The notes under the pieces: model-generated
Told to the model about the DNA's origin: nothing
The model's database searches: none
The model's input: the letters and a program-made list of their open reading frames with translations, nothing else
NCBI RefSeq assembly: GCF_006345805.1
Contig: NC_043020.1
Span: 5,456,001-5,520,000, forward strand
Direction of reading: 5' to 3'
Length of the DNA stretch: 64,000 nt
Source of the DNA: Octopus sinensis
Taxonomy: Eukaryota
Translations under genes and position numbers: made by a program
Shown: positions 27,238-40,572 of the stretch, piece after piece
Numbering within the stretch: position 1 is the first letter of the stretch
How the letters are laid out: the number at the start of each line of letters is the position of its first letter

Positions 27238-27438
27238 TAGGAGCACTCCGTCGGTTACGACGACAAGGGTTTCAGTTGATCCGATCAACGGAACAGCCTG
27301 CTCTTGAACCTTCTTAATTATTTAATTAATTAATTAATTTTTCTGTATATGTTAAATTATATGCAGGCTTTATCTGAAACAATTTCAGAAGTTCAGTGGG
27401 AAAGTATGTGTAACATATATATATATATATATCTATAT

Positions 27439-27469
<31 letters not shown>

Positions 27470-27585
27470 GGGCAATAAATAAATAAAAATACAGGAAAAA
27501 ACAACAAAAGTCAATTAGACCTTTGTACACAGTGAATATGTTAGACGGACACTCAGTGAAAGTTTTAGATGGAAAACTAGGATTG

Positions 27586-27622
27586 GGAATGACGTTTCAA
27601 GTGTAGCTCTTTGTCGAGAAAA
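27586..27622 (-). ncRNA. Degenerate hammerhead-like motif (GAGC-stem family)
   Basis: Minus strand CTCGACAA A GAGC TACA CTT GAAAC GTC. Confidence 0.35.
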
Positions 27623-27730
27623 GGAAATAGGTCAGAGAGGAGGAGAAGGATGAAGGAGCAGGTAGTCCGAGAAAAGCATACATACATACATACAAACATA
27701 CATACATACATACATACATACATACATACA

Positions 27731-27761
<31 letters not shown>

Positions 27762-27805
27762 GGGTATGAGTAAGTATCTCATTTACTTCTTTGCCACATT
27801 TATCA

Positions 27806-27850
27806 CTGACGAGGGGAGGGTTCTTTTTGAACTAACCCTGAAATCGGTCC
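27806..27850 (+). ncRNA. Degenerate hammerhead-like motif
   Basis: CTGACGA GGGG AGGGTT-n11-AACCCT GAAA TCGG TC; stem III near the palindrome ACCGGT; stem I not evident. Confidence 0.35.
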
Positions 27851-28181
27851 AATATGGTAATAATGGAATTTTTTAGAGATTTCTGTCGACTTTTTTCGAG
27901 TAGCGTGCGTACTGGGGAAAAAATTATATGGTAAATGGACAATATGTCCAATTTTCCGCATATTTGGCATTAGAAATTTTTTCGTTTGCCCTTATTTATA
28001 AGTTACATACATATATATATATATATTATCATATTCCTCCCTCTTTTCCTTTTTCTTCTTCCTCACTCTGTTATACGCTTTCCTTTTTCGTATCATCAGA
28101 ATTCGTGGTTGAGGTACCAGGTTACTGGATTCATAACTTCAGCGACGGAGTGAATTAGTTAGGCAAAGTAAAAAATATATA

Positions 28182-28690
28182 CCGTAAATCCTCGAGTATA
28201 ATCCGCATTTTCCCCCCCAAAATTTAACGGTCAAAATCCCTAGTTCGTACTATATACGAGGTTAAAAATGAAAAATATTTTCTAAGCAATGTCCGAGTCT
28301 CTATTTGCTGTCCGGCAATGTTTATTTAGACGCATTTTGTGATGTCGGGTGCGAAAATACCTTAAGCTAAGCCTGAAAGCAATGAAGTCATAAAAGAATC
28401 ATCCATAACTTGCAGTAAGCAAAGTATTCAAAACACAGAATTACATGTAACAAAATCAATTTGCAAACATATTTACATTCCCATATAACAGTTAAGAACA
28501 TCACCATTATTGTATTACGCATGCGCAGAAGTGTTTGTTCGACTAGGTGCTGCTGGCTTAATTACGCACGACTCAAGTTAGAGAAGGGGTGTGTATTATA
28601 CACAAGGTTTAGGTTTTTCAGAAGTACAGCCCCCAAAAAATACAGCCTGCGTATTATATTCAAGGGCGGACTATACTCGAGGATTTACAG
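28182..28690. mobile_element. TA-flanked Tc1/mariner/pogo-class MITE
   Basis: TIRs CCGTAAATCCTCGAGTATAATCCGC / GCGGACTATACTCGAGGATTTACAG with TA on both sides. Confidence 0.88.
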
Positions 28691-28795
28691 TATATATATA
28701 TTGATACGTGATCGTCATTATAATAAGTGTCCTACAACATGACGTTTGCCACAATTTCACAATCATAATTTAGAAGAAGAAGCAGAAGAAAACTT

Positions 28796-29158
28796 GTGTG
28801 GTAAGTAGCTTGCTAACCAACCACATGGTTCCGGGTTCAGTCCCACTGCGTGGCATCTTGGGCAAGTGTCTTCTGCTATAGCCCCGGGCCGACCAATGCC
28901 TTGTGAGTGGATTTGGTAGACGGAAACTGAAAGAAGCCTGTCGTATATATGTATATATATGTATGTATGTGTTTGTGTTTGTCCCTCTAGCATTGTGTGT
29001 TTACGTCCCCGTTACTTAGCGTTTCAGCAAAAGAGACTGATAGAATAAGTACTGGGCTTACAAAGAATAAGTCCCGGGGTCGATTTGCTCGACTAAAGGT
29101 GGTGCTCCAGCATGGCCACAGTCAACTGACTGAAACAAGTAAAAGAGTAAAAGAGTAA
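28796..29158 (+). mobile_element. SINE family C
   Basis: Homology to 6310-6709. Confidence 0.85.
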
Positions 29159-29879
29159 ATAAGAATAACAGAATAACAGATATAATGAAATGATGGAACA
29201 GAACGGGAATAATAGTTTATCAACGTCAAATAGATATATAAGAGAATGATTAAAACAGAACAAGTATAAGCGATTAATACTGCAGAATAGGATTGCGTGG
29301 CAGAAGGTTAAGCATATTCTTAGGGGAGAAAACTCGCTATCTTGATGCATGTTGCCTACCGTTGGAGTAAAACTCTGAATTGCAGTTACTTCCCCCTTTT
29401 TGTCCCCAGTGTTATAGGGTCCTGTAAAAGGCAAGCCGTCTGTACAGTCTTTTCGGGTCTGAGTTTTAGGAATGGATGCCTTTTTGCTGTTACTTGTTTC
29501 AAGCATTTGACTGCGGCCATACTGGGGCACCGCCTTGAAGGGGTTTTAGGGCTTATCTTATTTTCAAACCTGGTAATTATTCTATCGGACTTTCTTTGCC
29601 GAACTATTAAGTTATAGGGACGTAAACAAACCAATACTAGTCGTCGAACAGTGGTGACGAACAGACACAAATACAAAGCTACACACACACACACACACGT
29701 GTGTGTGTGAGTTGTGTCTGAGAAGAATCATTGTGCCTTTCACATATGTAATCTTGCAAACAAGATGCAAAAACGAAGGATTTCTTCGCCCTCGTGTGTA
29801 ACTTTTCTGTCTGGCAGTCGCCATGATAGATCGTTAGCTACTACGCACATTTTTTTCTCTCCTTGTTTTTTCTGTGTCC

Positions 29880-29915
29880 CTTTCTGTAGAAGAGCGTAGG
29901 CTCGAAACGTAAAAG
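29880..29915 (+). ncRNA. Minimal type I hammerhead-like motif (A6U variant)
   Basis: CTTT CTGTAGA A GAGC-GTAG-GCTC GAAAC GTA AAAG. Confidence 0.6.
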
Positions 29916-30014
29916 ACTTTTTCTTTTCCTGAGCGTTATACTAATACATCTGTTTGTTTTGTACACCACCTGTCTTCGTCTTTTGTTTTTTTCGTAAACT
30001 CTCCCCTTATATAA

Positions 30015-30048
<34 letters not shown>

Positions 30049-30254
30049 GTATATATATATGTATATAACAAAATTAGAGAATGGAGAAACATACTTAAAT
30101 TAATAAAACATCAACTATCCGATGATACCCAATCAATACTTTAATACACCATTACATATGAGTAAAGGCATTATACAAAATGAGATATACAGTAATAGTA
30201 AAAAGATAAAGAGATATAAGTAAAAAATTTCAAATATAATATGCAATTAAATCA

Positions 30255-30368
30255 AAACTGACAGCTGTTTCGGCAGTGAGGGCAGTCATACCTCATTTAA
30301 CCTCTAAGCCATAAAGGCAGGTATAAATGAGGCATTAACAAGGATGCCCCACGGCCTCTTCAGAGAAT
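30255..30368 (-). ncRNA. Hammerhead-like motif with ~90-nt extended stem II
   Basis: Minus strand CT CTGAAGA GGC...GCC GAAACAGCTGTC AG; inner helix ATGCCTCATTTA/TAAATGAGGTAT capped by GCC-TTTAT-GGC. Confidence 0.7.
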
Positions 30369-30412
30369 TAAATTAAATTTGTTATAATTGTGAAAATTGT
30401 TATATATGTATA

Positions 30413-30458
<46 letters not shown>

Positions 30459-31014
30459 ACAGGCTTCTTTCCGTTTCTGTCTACCAAATCCACTCACAAG
30501 GCTTTGGTCGGCAGGGGGCTATAGTAGGATGCATAAAGAAAATGAGAAGAAAAAACAAAAAGAAAGAAAAACAAACAGGTGATATAGAATAATAATGTAG
30601 AATAGTTATGACAGAATGGCGGAATAGAAGGATCAATGATTAGAAGAACGGAGGTATAACAGATTAATAATATTGAACAGGAATAGGGGTCGATATAATG
30701 AAACAGACCCCTTCTCGCAAAAATGTCAAGCCTAATACCTATAGAGTGGGCGATACAAGGACAGACAAGGGGTCTGGGGACGAATGGAACAGAAAACAAA
30801 AATATTATTAAATACAGCTGCACCAAACAGTGAAATCTCTACTTAATCCTTTGTCATCCATAATCTCCAGCAAAGATATTCTTGCAATAACAATCATGTC
30901 TTTCTTTTGTGTTTCGTTTTCGTTTTTGTTGTTGTTTTTATTGGGTTTTTTTTCAGGGGTGGTGAGGTGGGACCCTGTATGAGTATGTAGGCGCTGGTAT
31001 GACTAACTACAAGG

Positions 31015-32044
31015 TGGCGAGCTGGCAGAATCGTTAGCACGCCGGGCGAAATGCGTAGCCGTATTTCGTCTGCCGTTACGTTCTGAGTTCAAATTCCGCC
31101 GAGGTCGACTTTGCCTTTCATCCTTTCGGGGTCGATAAATTAAGTACCTATTGCTTTATTACCCACAAGGGGCTAAACATAGAGGGGACAAACAAGGACA
31201 GACATAGATATTAAGTCGATTACATCGACCCCAGTGCGTAACTGGTACTTAATTTATCGACCCCGAAAGGATGAAAGGCAAAGTCAACCTCGGCGGAATT
31301 TGAACTCACAACGTAACACAGACAAAATACCGTTAAGCATTTCGCCCGGCGTGCTAACGTTTCTGCTAGCTCTCCGCTCATTAAATTAAGTACCAGTTAC
31401 GCACTGGGGTTGATGTAATCGACTTAATACCTATGTCTGTCCTTGTTTGTCCCCTCTATGTTTAGCCCCTTGTGGGTAGTAAAGAAATAGGTATTTCGTC
31501 TGCCGCTACGTTCTGAGTTCAAATTCCGGCCGAGAGACTTTGCCTTTCATCTTTTCGGGATCGATAAATTAAGTACCAGTTACGCACTGAGGTGGATGTA
31601 ATCGACTTAATCCCTTCGTCTGTCCTTGTCCTTCCCCTCTATGTTTAGCCCCTTGTGGGTAATAAAGAAATAGGTATTTCGTCTGCCGCTACGTTCTGAG
31701 TTCAAATTCCGCCGAGGTCGACTTTGCCTTTCATCCTTTCGGGGTCGATTTAATAAGTACCAGTTACGCACTGAGGTGGATGTAATCGACTTAATCCCTT
31801 CGTCTGTCTTGTTCCTCCCCTCTATGTTTAGCCCCTTGTGGGTAATAAAGAAATAGGTATTTCGTCTGCCGCTACGTTCTGAGTTCAAATTCCGCCGAGG
31901 TCGACTTTGCTTTTCATCCTTTCGGGGTCGATTTAATAAGTACCAGTTACGCACTGGGGTCGATGTAATCGACTTAATCCGTTTGTCTGTCATTGTTTGT
32001 CCCCTCTATGCTTAGCCCCTTGTGGCCAGTAAAGAAATAGGTAT
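31015..32044 (+). mobile_element. SINE family A concatemer (~4 units, period ~183) with an antisense family A copy inserted at 31149-31381
   Basis: 13-bp TSD TAAATTAAGTACC at 31136-31148 and 31382-31394. Confidence 0.9.
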
Positions 32045-32376
32045 GACTAACAACGATGTGAAGAACCTTGCCTTGCAACCATCTGGTTGGTTCCGAGTTC
32101 AATCCTACCGCGCGGCACACCTTGGGTAAATGTTTTCTACTATACCCTGGGTCAGCCAATTCCTTGTGAGTGAATGGAACCTACTCTGTGTGTGTGTGAT
32201 TGCTTTGATAACAGGTATTTGTCTGCGTCTCTGTAACCTAGCAGTTCGCCAAAGGATCAATAGAATAAGTACCACTTTTAAGTACTAGAATCGATTTGTT
32301 TGACTAAAACCCTTAAAGTTGGTGCTCCAGCATGGTCGCGGTCCAGTTACTGAAACATACGATAAGATATATAAAA

Positions 32377-32740
32377 GCGTGGTTGTGTGGTAAAAAGTTT
32401 GCTTCTCAACCACATGGTTCTGAGTTCAGTCCCACTGCATGGCACCTTGGGCATGTCTTCTACTACTAAGGCTTTGGGCCAAGCAAAGCTTTGTGAGTGG
32501 ATTTGGTAGACGGAAACTGAAAGAAGCCCGTCGTATGAGTGTGTGTGTGTTTGTCCCCCAAGCCATCACCGTTTGACAACTGGTGTTGGTGTGTTTACGT
32601 CCCTGTAACTTAGCGGTTAGAATAAGCACTAGTCTTTAAAAGAATAAGTGCTGGGGTCGATTTGCTCGACTGAATGAAACACCTCAAGGCGGTGCTCCAG
32701 CACGGCCGCAGTCAAATGATTGAAACAAGTAAAAGAATAA
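32377..32740 (+). mobile_element. SINE family C
   Basis: Homology to 6310-6709. Confidence 0.85.
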
Positions 32741-33024
32741 GGGAATGTGTGTGTGTGTGTGTGTGTGGTGTGTGTGTGTGAGAAAGAGAGAGGAAGGAGA
32801 AAGACCGAGCAACTTGGAGCAAACTTATACAAAATATGTAAACGAAAAAAATGCGGTGACTTCAGCCATTTGCATATCAGTACATTTCGCTGGCAGTGAG
32901 CAAATTACTGGGGTTGCATGGGTCGGAAGCAATTTAGAATCACATAAAATAACGTTTAATAAACGTGAGATATATAGGGAAAAACCATTTTTGAATTTAA
33001 AAAAAAGAAAAGAAAAACTGCCTT

Positions 33025-33027
33025 CAC

Positions 33028-33060
<33 letters not shown>

Positions 33061-33085
33061 ATCTATCTGTCTATCTATCTGTCTG

Positions 33086-33127
<42 letters not shown>

Positions 33128-33148
33128 ATCTATTTATCTATCTATCTA

Positions 33149-33180
<32 letters not shown>

Positions 33181-33194
33181 TCTATATCTATCTG

Positions 33195-33231
<37 letters not shown>

Positions 33232-33262
33232 TTATCTATCTATTTATCTATCTATCTATCTG

Positions 33263-33295
<33 letters not shown>

Positions 33296-33320
33296 ATCTA
33301 TCTGTCTATCTATCTGTCTG

Positions 33321-33352
<32 letters not shown>

Positions 33353-34314
33353 ATCATCTATCTATCTATCTATCTATCTATCTACCTCTCTATCTATCTG
33401 TCTATCTATTTATGCCTATCTATCTATTTCTCTCTCTCTATCTATCTATTTCTCTCTATCTATCTCTCTATCTATCTATCTATCTATCTCTAGCTCCATC
33501 TCTCTCTATTTATCTATCTATCTGTCGTTTCATCCATTTGTCTGTCTATCTTTCTATCCAGGACAAAACCCGAGAACACCTCGAAATTATCAAGCACGCT
33601 GTCCTACAATATTTTCTGTCCAATTATCTTCCATTTTATGTCCCATTCTTGTACTATTGTATTCCCCCTCTCTCTCCCCTGTCTCTCTCTCTTTCACTTA
33701 CTCCCTTACTATCCGTTTAGCTCTCTCTTCCCTCTCTCTTTCACTCCCTTATCTCATTCACCATTTTCTCTCTCTATCTCTCTCATTCTAGTTTGCTCTC
33801 ACTGAATCTCTCTCATATATGCTCTTAACAGTCTTTCTACACACGCACACAAAAATATTAATACACACACACACACACGCACGCATAAACACACACATAT
33901 TCCTTCCTCTTTGGTTGTCCTTCCCCTCTCTTTCTACGTCTCTGGCTATCTTTCTCTCCTCTCAGTCTCTATCCATCCATCTATCTATCTATCTATCTAT
34001 CGCCCTTATATTATGACCTCTTTCTCTTCCATTTTCCACTTCATTTTCCATCTCGTCTCTCCTCTTCTTCTCTCATTCTGCCACTGTTTCTCTCTATCTC
34101 TCTCTCTCTCCCTCTATCTATCTCTCCTTCTCTCTGCCACTGTTTCTCTTTCTCTATCTCTCTCTCTCTCTCTCCCTCTATGTCTATCTATCTCTCCTTC
34201 TCTCATTCTGCCACTGTTTCTCTCTCTCTCTTTCACTCTCTCTCTCTATCTATCTATCTATCTATCTATCTCTCCTCTTGCGTGTGTTTGCGCGCCTTTC
34301 TGTGTGCGTGCGTA

Positions 34315-34351
<37 letters not shown>

Positions 34352-35430
34352 TATGCATTTGTGTGTCTATGGATGTATGTGTACATCCGTATGTGTGTAT
34401 CTATTTGCCTATATCTGGTTATCTATCTGTCTCTACCTCTTTACCGTCCATAGATTCGCCATTTTATTTTAATTTCCCCATTGCTCTTCATATCTCTCCT
34501 TCCTCTTTCACGTTTTCTATCCTTTCACCTTTTACCTCTCGCTCTCCACCCTCTCTCACATTTCCTAACCTTTCACCTTTTGCCTCTCACTCCTTTCCCT
34601 CTCAAATTTTTTCCATCCTTTCACCTATTGTCTCTCTCACTCTCCTACGTCCCTCACATTCTATCCTTTCACCTTTAACCTCTCACTCTTCTCTCTTTAC
34701 CACCTTTTACCTTCTACTCTTCTCCCTCTCTCATTTCTTCACTCCTTTCACCATTTGCCACTCTCTCCCTCACTCCTACTCTCCTCTGTCTATCATGTTT
34801 TCGCTTCTTTCTCCGTGCCGCTTACTCTCTTCTCTCTCTCACAGTCTTCTCATTTCTCCCTTTGCTACTCATCCTTCTCTCTCATATTTCCTCTTACCTT
34901 TCACTCTCACTCTCCTCCCTTTTTTTATTTTGTCTCTCACCTTTTTTCTTTACCTTTCTATTTCTCCCTCTACCTCACTCTCTGCTTTTTGTCTGCTTCT
35001 CCTTTCTCTCCCATCTTCTATTCTCACTCTCCCTTTCTAACCACCTTCCCTCCTTTTCTCCTCTCCTTCACTCACGGTTTCTCTCAGTTCCGCAACCTCT
35101 ATCTCTCTCTCACTCTTTCCTTTTCTCCCTCTCCCCATTCACTTTCCTCTCCCTCTCTCTGATTTTCTGCATTTACTCCGTCTCCCTCTCCCCATTCACT
35201 TTCCTCTCCCTCTCTCTGATTTTCTGCATTTACTCCTTCTCCCTCTCACCATTCACTTTCCTCTCCCTCTCTCTGATTTTTCTCCATTTACTTCGTTCTC
35301 CCTCTCCCCATTCACTTTCCTCTCCCTCTCTCTGATTTTTCTCCATTCCCTTCGTTCTCCCTCTCTCCTTCTCTCTCCTACTCCTTCCACTCCAAACTTC
35401 TCACACTACTACTACTCTTACTCTCCAGAC
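33025..35430. repeat. ~2.4-kb pyrimidine-rich domain: (TCTA)n, CT-rich low complexity and a ~57-bp minisatellite x4 (35125-35362)
   Basis: CATTCACTTTCC at 35136, 35193, 35250, 35309. Confidence 0.9.
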
Positions 35431-36042
35431 GACCACAGCCAGTCCGTCGTGTCGAGTGAGTCGCTTTACTGCACGTCACGTGATACCTATTGTTATAACA
35501 CACACCTCTTTCCCCTCCTCACACCACACACACTTACACTCACACACTCACTCACACATTCGCATACACACTCACCTAGATCTAAAGATAGGAAAGAGAG
35601 GGAAGAGGTAGAAAGAAGGAGCGGGAGTTCGAATCACTCTCTCTTCCTCTTCTCACTCGCTCTTTACATTACAACTGCTTTGCTGTTAAGAGGTGTGGAA
35701 AACCATTTATACACACATACATACATAAATATATACACACACATATATACACACATATATATATATACTTCTTACACACACATCTATATATATATATATA
35801 TATACACATATATATACACATATATATATTACAACGATAGATTTGACCACGAAGCAGCTCACACGCACTGTATCAAAATCGCTAATTTTTTTTTTCCATA
35901 TCATATTTTATGCTTATTTAATTTCATACGATTGTGGTGTTTGTATAAAAAAGTAGATCATGGACATACGTTTTTCACCTTCAATTCTGCATTTCACCTG
36001 ACCGATGTCTAATATATATACATACATAAATATATATATATT

Positions 36043-36074
<32 letters not shown>

Positions 36075-38046
36075 ATGTGTGTGTATATATATATACATAC
36101 ATGATACACCACATATGTAACAGATCTGAAGGTGAGTACCCTTTCATTTAAATAAATATATATATAATATATGTGTGTGTTGTGGTATATATATGTGTGT
36201 GTGTGTGTTGTATATATGTGTGTGTGTGTATATATGTGTGTGTGTGTATATATATGTGTGTGTGTGTGTATGTGTGTGTGTGTGTATATATGTGTGTGTG
36301 TATATATATATATATATGTGTATATATATGTGTGTGTGTGTATATATATAAATGTGTGTGTATATATATGTGTGTATATATATATGTGTGTATATATACA
36401 TGCATATATGTGTTGAATTCATATACCCACATGGAGAGGGGTTACTAATGTTGCTAGAAACAACAGCGAAATCTCTCTCTCTCACAAAAAAAAAGGGAAA
36501 AAACATAGACCCTAATACAGTATTTTAATTTTTTAAAAGGAAGGAAGGAAAAAAATAAGAGGGACACGTTGGCTGATGTAGTCCTAGGAAGACCGTGACT
36601 GCAAAAATAAGAGAGGGAAAAAAAATGCCGGGATGATCATATAATCATTGCTTGATTGGGTTAGTCATAAAGTCTCCTCAATTACTACCTACCTAAAGGA
36701 AAAATAATATATATATAGTATTTTAGGCGATCTTTCGTTTGTAGTAGCTTTATTCTATTTTATTAATCATTTTGGTTGCAAACCTTTTAACATTATATCC
36801 CTAGGTTTCGTGTATATATTTTTTAAAAATAATTATGTATGTTCTATGAAGGATATATAATTCATAACTAAATTATCAATTATCGAAGTGATAATTGAAT
36901 TAAATACAGACGGTGATCAATGTGCGTGAAATACATAACATCAAAAAGGAAAAGAAAAGAGGTTTTTTTTTTTATTGTATCATATCTTTTTATCTATTTC
37001 AAACCTTGATATTCCTGTCTTACCGAGCTTTTTTTTTTTTTTTGTTTTTTTTGTGGAACGTTAAAGTCTAATATTACCTCTTACTGGGACAAGGCCACAA
37101 ATTAATGTGGGGGGGTACAAGGATGAGGTGGAGGGAGAGAGAGAGAGGTGATTTAATGTAATGTGTGTCTTTTTTTCTTTCTTTCTTTCTTTTATCGATG
37201 GGATGATCATAGCTGGAATGTATCTGGCTCATAGGTCGTCTACACGATCGATGTTTCACTTAACTGGAAGTAAATCTCTTTCACACACACACACACACGC
37301 ACGTATATTTGTTCATATGTGTGTGAATGAACATACACACACAAACATATATATATATATATATAATTTCAACAATATTAAGGAATGGCCCTGATAGGCC
37401 ATTCGACTCACCAGAAAGAGCAGCCAAACTCAAACCGCTAAAATATATATACATACATATACATACGTGTGTGTGTTGTAGATATACATGTACAGAGGCA
37501 CACTTGTGTAGGTATGCCTATATACTTATATATTTAAACATACATATAGACAGGGGCATATTTGTGTAGTTATACTTATATATATATTCTTTACTGCCCA
37601 GAAGGGGCTAAACATAGAGGGGACATACAAGGACAGACGAAGGGATTGAGTCGATTATATCGACGACCCCAGTGCGAAACTGGTACTTTATTTATCGACC
37701 CCGAAAGGATGAAAGGCAAAGTTAACACTATACATATACACACACACACCAACACATGTACGTACACATATTAAGGCCATAGAGAGATAGTAGATGGATA
37801 TCTCAATACGCCTGTTCCTGATCGCGCGATCTACTATAATTAGCAGTCTCAAATTGCCTTCAAATCATACCTATCGTATATATTTCATTTTTGTCATTCA
37901 TTTTATCGACCGACATATCAACCCACCAACCAACCCCTTAATTAGCCCTACATCCACCATCGTCCCCCAGTACGATTCGAAACCAGAATCTAGAGACGCA
38001 AAGAGCTATGCCACACACGGCCTTTTTGCTAAGATTGAAGTGTAGT

Positions 38047-38132
<86 letters not shown>

Positions 38133-38626
38133 ACACACGCAATTATATATATATATGTACACACACACACACCCGTCACTTAGCGATTCGGCAAAAGAGA
38201 CCGATAGAATAAGTACTGGGCTTACAAAGAATAAGTCCCGGGGTCGATTTGCTCGACTAAAGGCGGTGCACCAGCATGGCCGCAGTCAAATGACTGAAAC
38301 ATGTAAAAGAGTATATATATATATATAGGTACACACACAATTATATATACATATATATGGCGAAAGTAAAGAACACGTACACCCGGTATTTAGGGTTAGT
38401 ACACCCGGTATTAGGGATAGATAGATAGATAGAAACTGAGAGGAGAGAAAGATATCCAGAGACGTAGAATGTGGCCGGTTTATGGGCCACGTTCATATAA
38501 AGCGCTTGGCTTTACAGCTTTTCATCAGACCCTAAACTCGTTGGAGATATATATATATATATATATTGCGCTTGGAGTGGTCATGTTTTGTCAATTAAAC
38601 ACAAGCACTATATATACATACCTCTA

Positions 38627-38842
38627 CGAGGGGTTCTAAAATGTACCTGGCTTTGGATTAAAAAGTAAATACAGGAGGTTCTGTAAATTATGATTCTATT
38701 CGACATATTCTGTGAGATTCACACGCTTATTGCAATGGTCCTTCGGTTTTTATAAGCTCTGTAGAAGAACTCGGAAAGTCGGGCCCCCAACCAGGCTTTT
38801 CACGACACCCTTAAAGCCAGGAATTTTTCAGCACCCCTCTCG
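38627..38842 (+). mobile_element. Mariner-type MITE, second copy
   Basis: TA|CGAGGGG...CAGCACCCCTCTCG|TA. Confidence 0.85.
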
Positions 38843-38959
38843 TATATACTACATATATACGCACACATACACACACATGTATGTGAACAAACTAGACTAA
38901 TAGAACGAGATTCATACGAAACTCTGAGTCACTTTGCCGATTAATAATGATTTCAAATG

Positions 38960-39155
38960 TTGGCCCGCAATTTCGGAGGAGGTCCACAAGTCGATTACAT
39001 CAACTCGGTATTCGTCTGGTACTTATTTTATCGATACCGAAAGGACGAAAGGCAAAGTCGACCTCTGCGGAATTCGAACTCACAGCGTAAAGACGGGCGC
39101 AAATGTCGCTAAGCTTTTTTACCCGGCGTGCTAACGATTCTGCCAGCTCGCCGCC

Positions 39156-39199
<44 letters not shown>

Positions 39200-40130
39200 T
39201 TCTACTATAGGCACAAAGCTTGAAATTTGTGGGGAGGGGTACTAGTCGATTACATTGATCCCCATTGCCCAACTGGTACTTATTTAATCGACCCTGAAAG
39301 GATGAAAGGCAAAGTCGACCTCGGCGGAATTTGAACTCAGAACATAGCGGCAGACGAAATACCTATTTCTTTACTACCCACAAGGGGCTAAACATAGAGG
39401 GGGACAAACGGATTAAGTCGATTACATCGACCCCAGTGTGTAACTGGTACTTATTTAATCGACCCCGAAAGAATGAAAGGCAAAGTCGATTTCGGTGGAA
39501 TATGAACTCAGAACGTAACGGCAGACGAAATACATATTTCTTTACTACCCACAAGGGGCTAAACATAGAGGAGGACAAACAAGGACAGACATAGGTATTA
39601 AGTCGATTACATCGACCCCAGAGCGTAACTGGTACTTAATTTTATCGACCCCGAAAGAATGAAAGGCAAAGTCGACCTCGGCGGAATTTGAACTCAGAAC
39701 GTATCGGCAGACGAAATACCTATTTCTTTACTACCCACAAGGGGCTAAACACAGAGGGGACAAACAAGGACAGACATAGGTATTAAGTCGATTACATCGA
39801 CCCCAGAGCGTAACTGGTACTTATTTAATCGACCCCGAAAGGATGAAAGGCAAAATCGACCTCGGCGGAATTTGAACTCAGAACATAGTGGCCGACGAAA
39901 TACCTATTTCTATTTCTTTATTACCCACAAGGGGCTAAACATAGACAGACAAACGGATTAAGTCGATTATACCGACCCCAGTGCGTAACTGGTACTTAAT
40001 TTTATCGACCCCCGAAAGGATGAAAGGCAAAGTCGGCCTCGGCGGAATTTGAACCCAGAACGTAACGGCAGACGAAATACCGCTAAGCATTTCACCCGGC
40101 TTGCTTAACAATTCTACCAGCTCACCTCCT
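38960..40130 (-). mobile_element. SINE family A monomer plus pentameric concatemer
   Basis: G(C)AGACGAAATAC-like junctions near 39350, 39522, 39709, 39892, 40070; head at ~40081-40130. Confidence 0.9.
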
Positions 40131-40464
40131 TAATAATAATAATAATAATGATGATGATGATCTTTTCTACTATAGACACTTGGCCTGAAAATTTTGCAGG
40201 CGTGGCCGAGTCGTTTTTAGTCAATCTCGGCTGAATTTCATTTCAGAATGTAAAAAATGCCGGTAGATATGCCGCTGAGCATTCTGTCCGATACACTAAC
40301 GATTTTGTCTGCTCGCCACTTTACTATAATTCTTAATTTTGGCACAAGGCTTGTATTTTTGAGGGGAGGGGGTTAGATAGACAAATACAGCAAGCCTGGT
40401 ACAATAGCCATATTAGCTGATCAAAAATGACATTTCTGTGAGTTCTATCGAAGGATAGCCATTT

Positions 40465-40541
40465 ATATATATATGTATATATGTATGTATGTATGTATGT
40501 ATATATATGTATGTATATGTATGTATGTATGTATATATATG

Positions 40542-40572
<31 letters not shown>

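Noticed and set aside
30957-30996. Exon after a strong T-rich acceptor
   Set aside because: Stops in all three frames to the GTATGA donor; T-run may be a simple repeat
36124-36131. 8-nt microexon with AAG|GTGAGT donor
   Set aside because: No pyrimidine tract; embedded in TA microsatellite
38484-38533. Hammerhead-like motif as a stand-alone feature
   Set aside because: GAAC instead of GAAAC and G at the cleavage position; counted only as a decayed candidate. Likewise 20869-20903 has no credible stem II.
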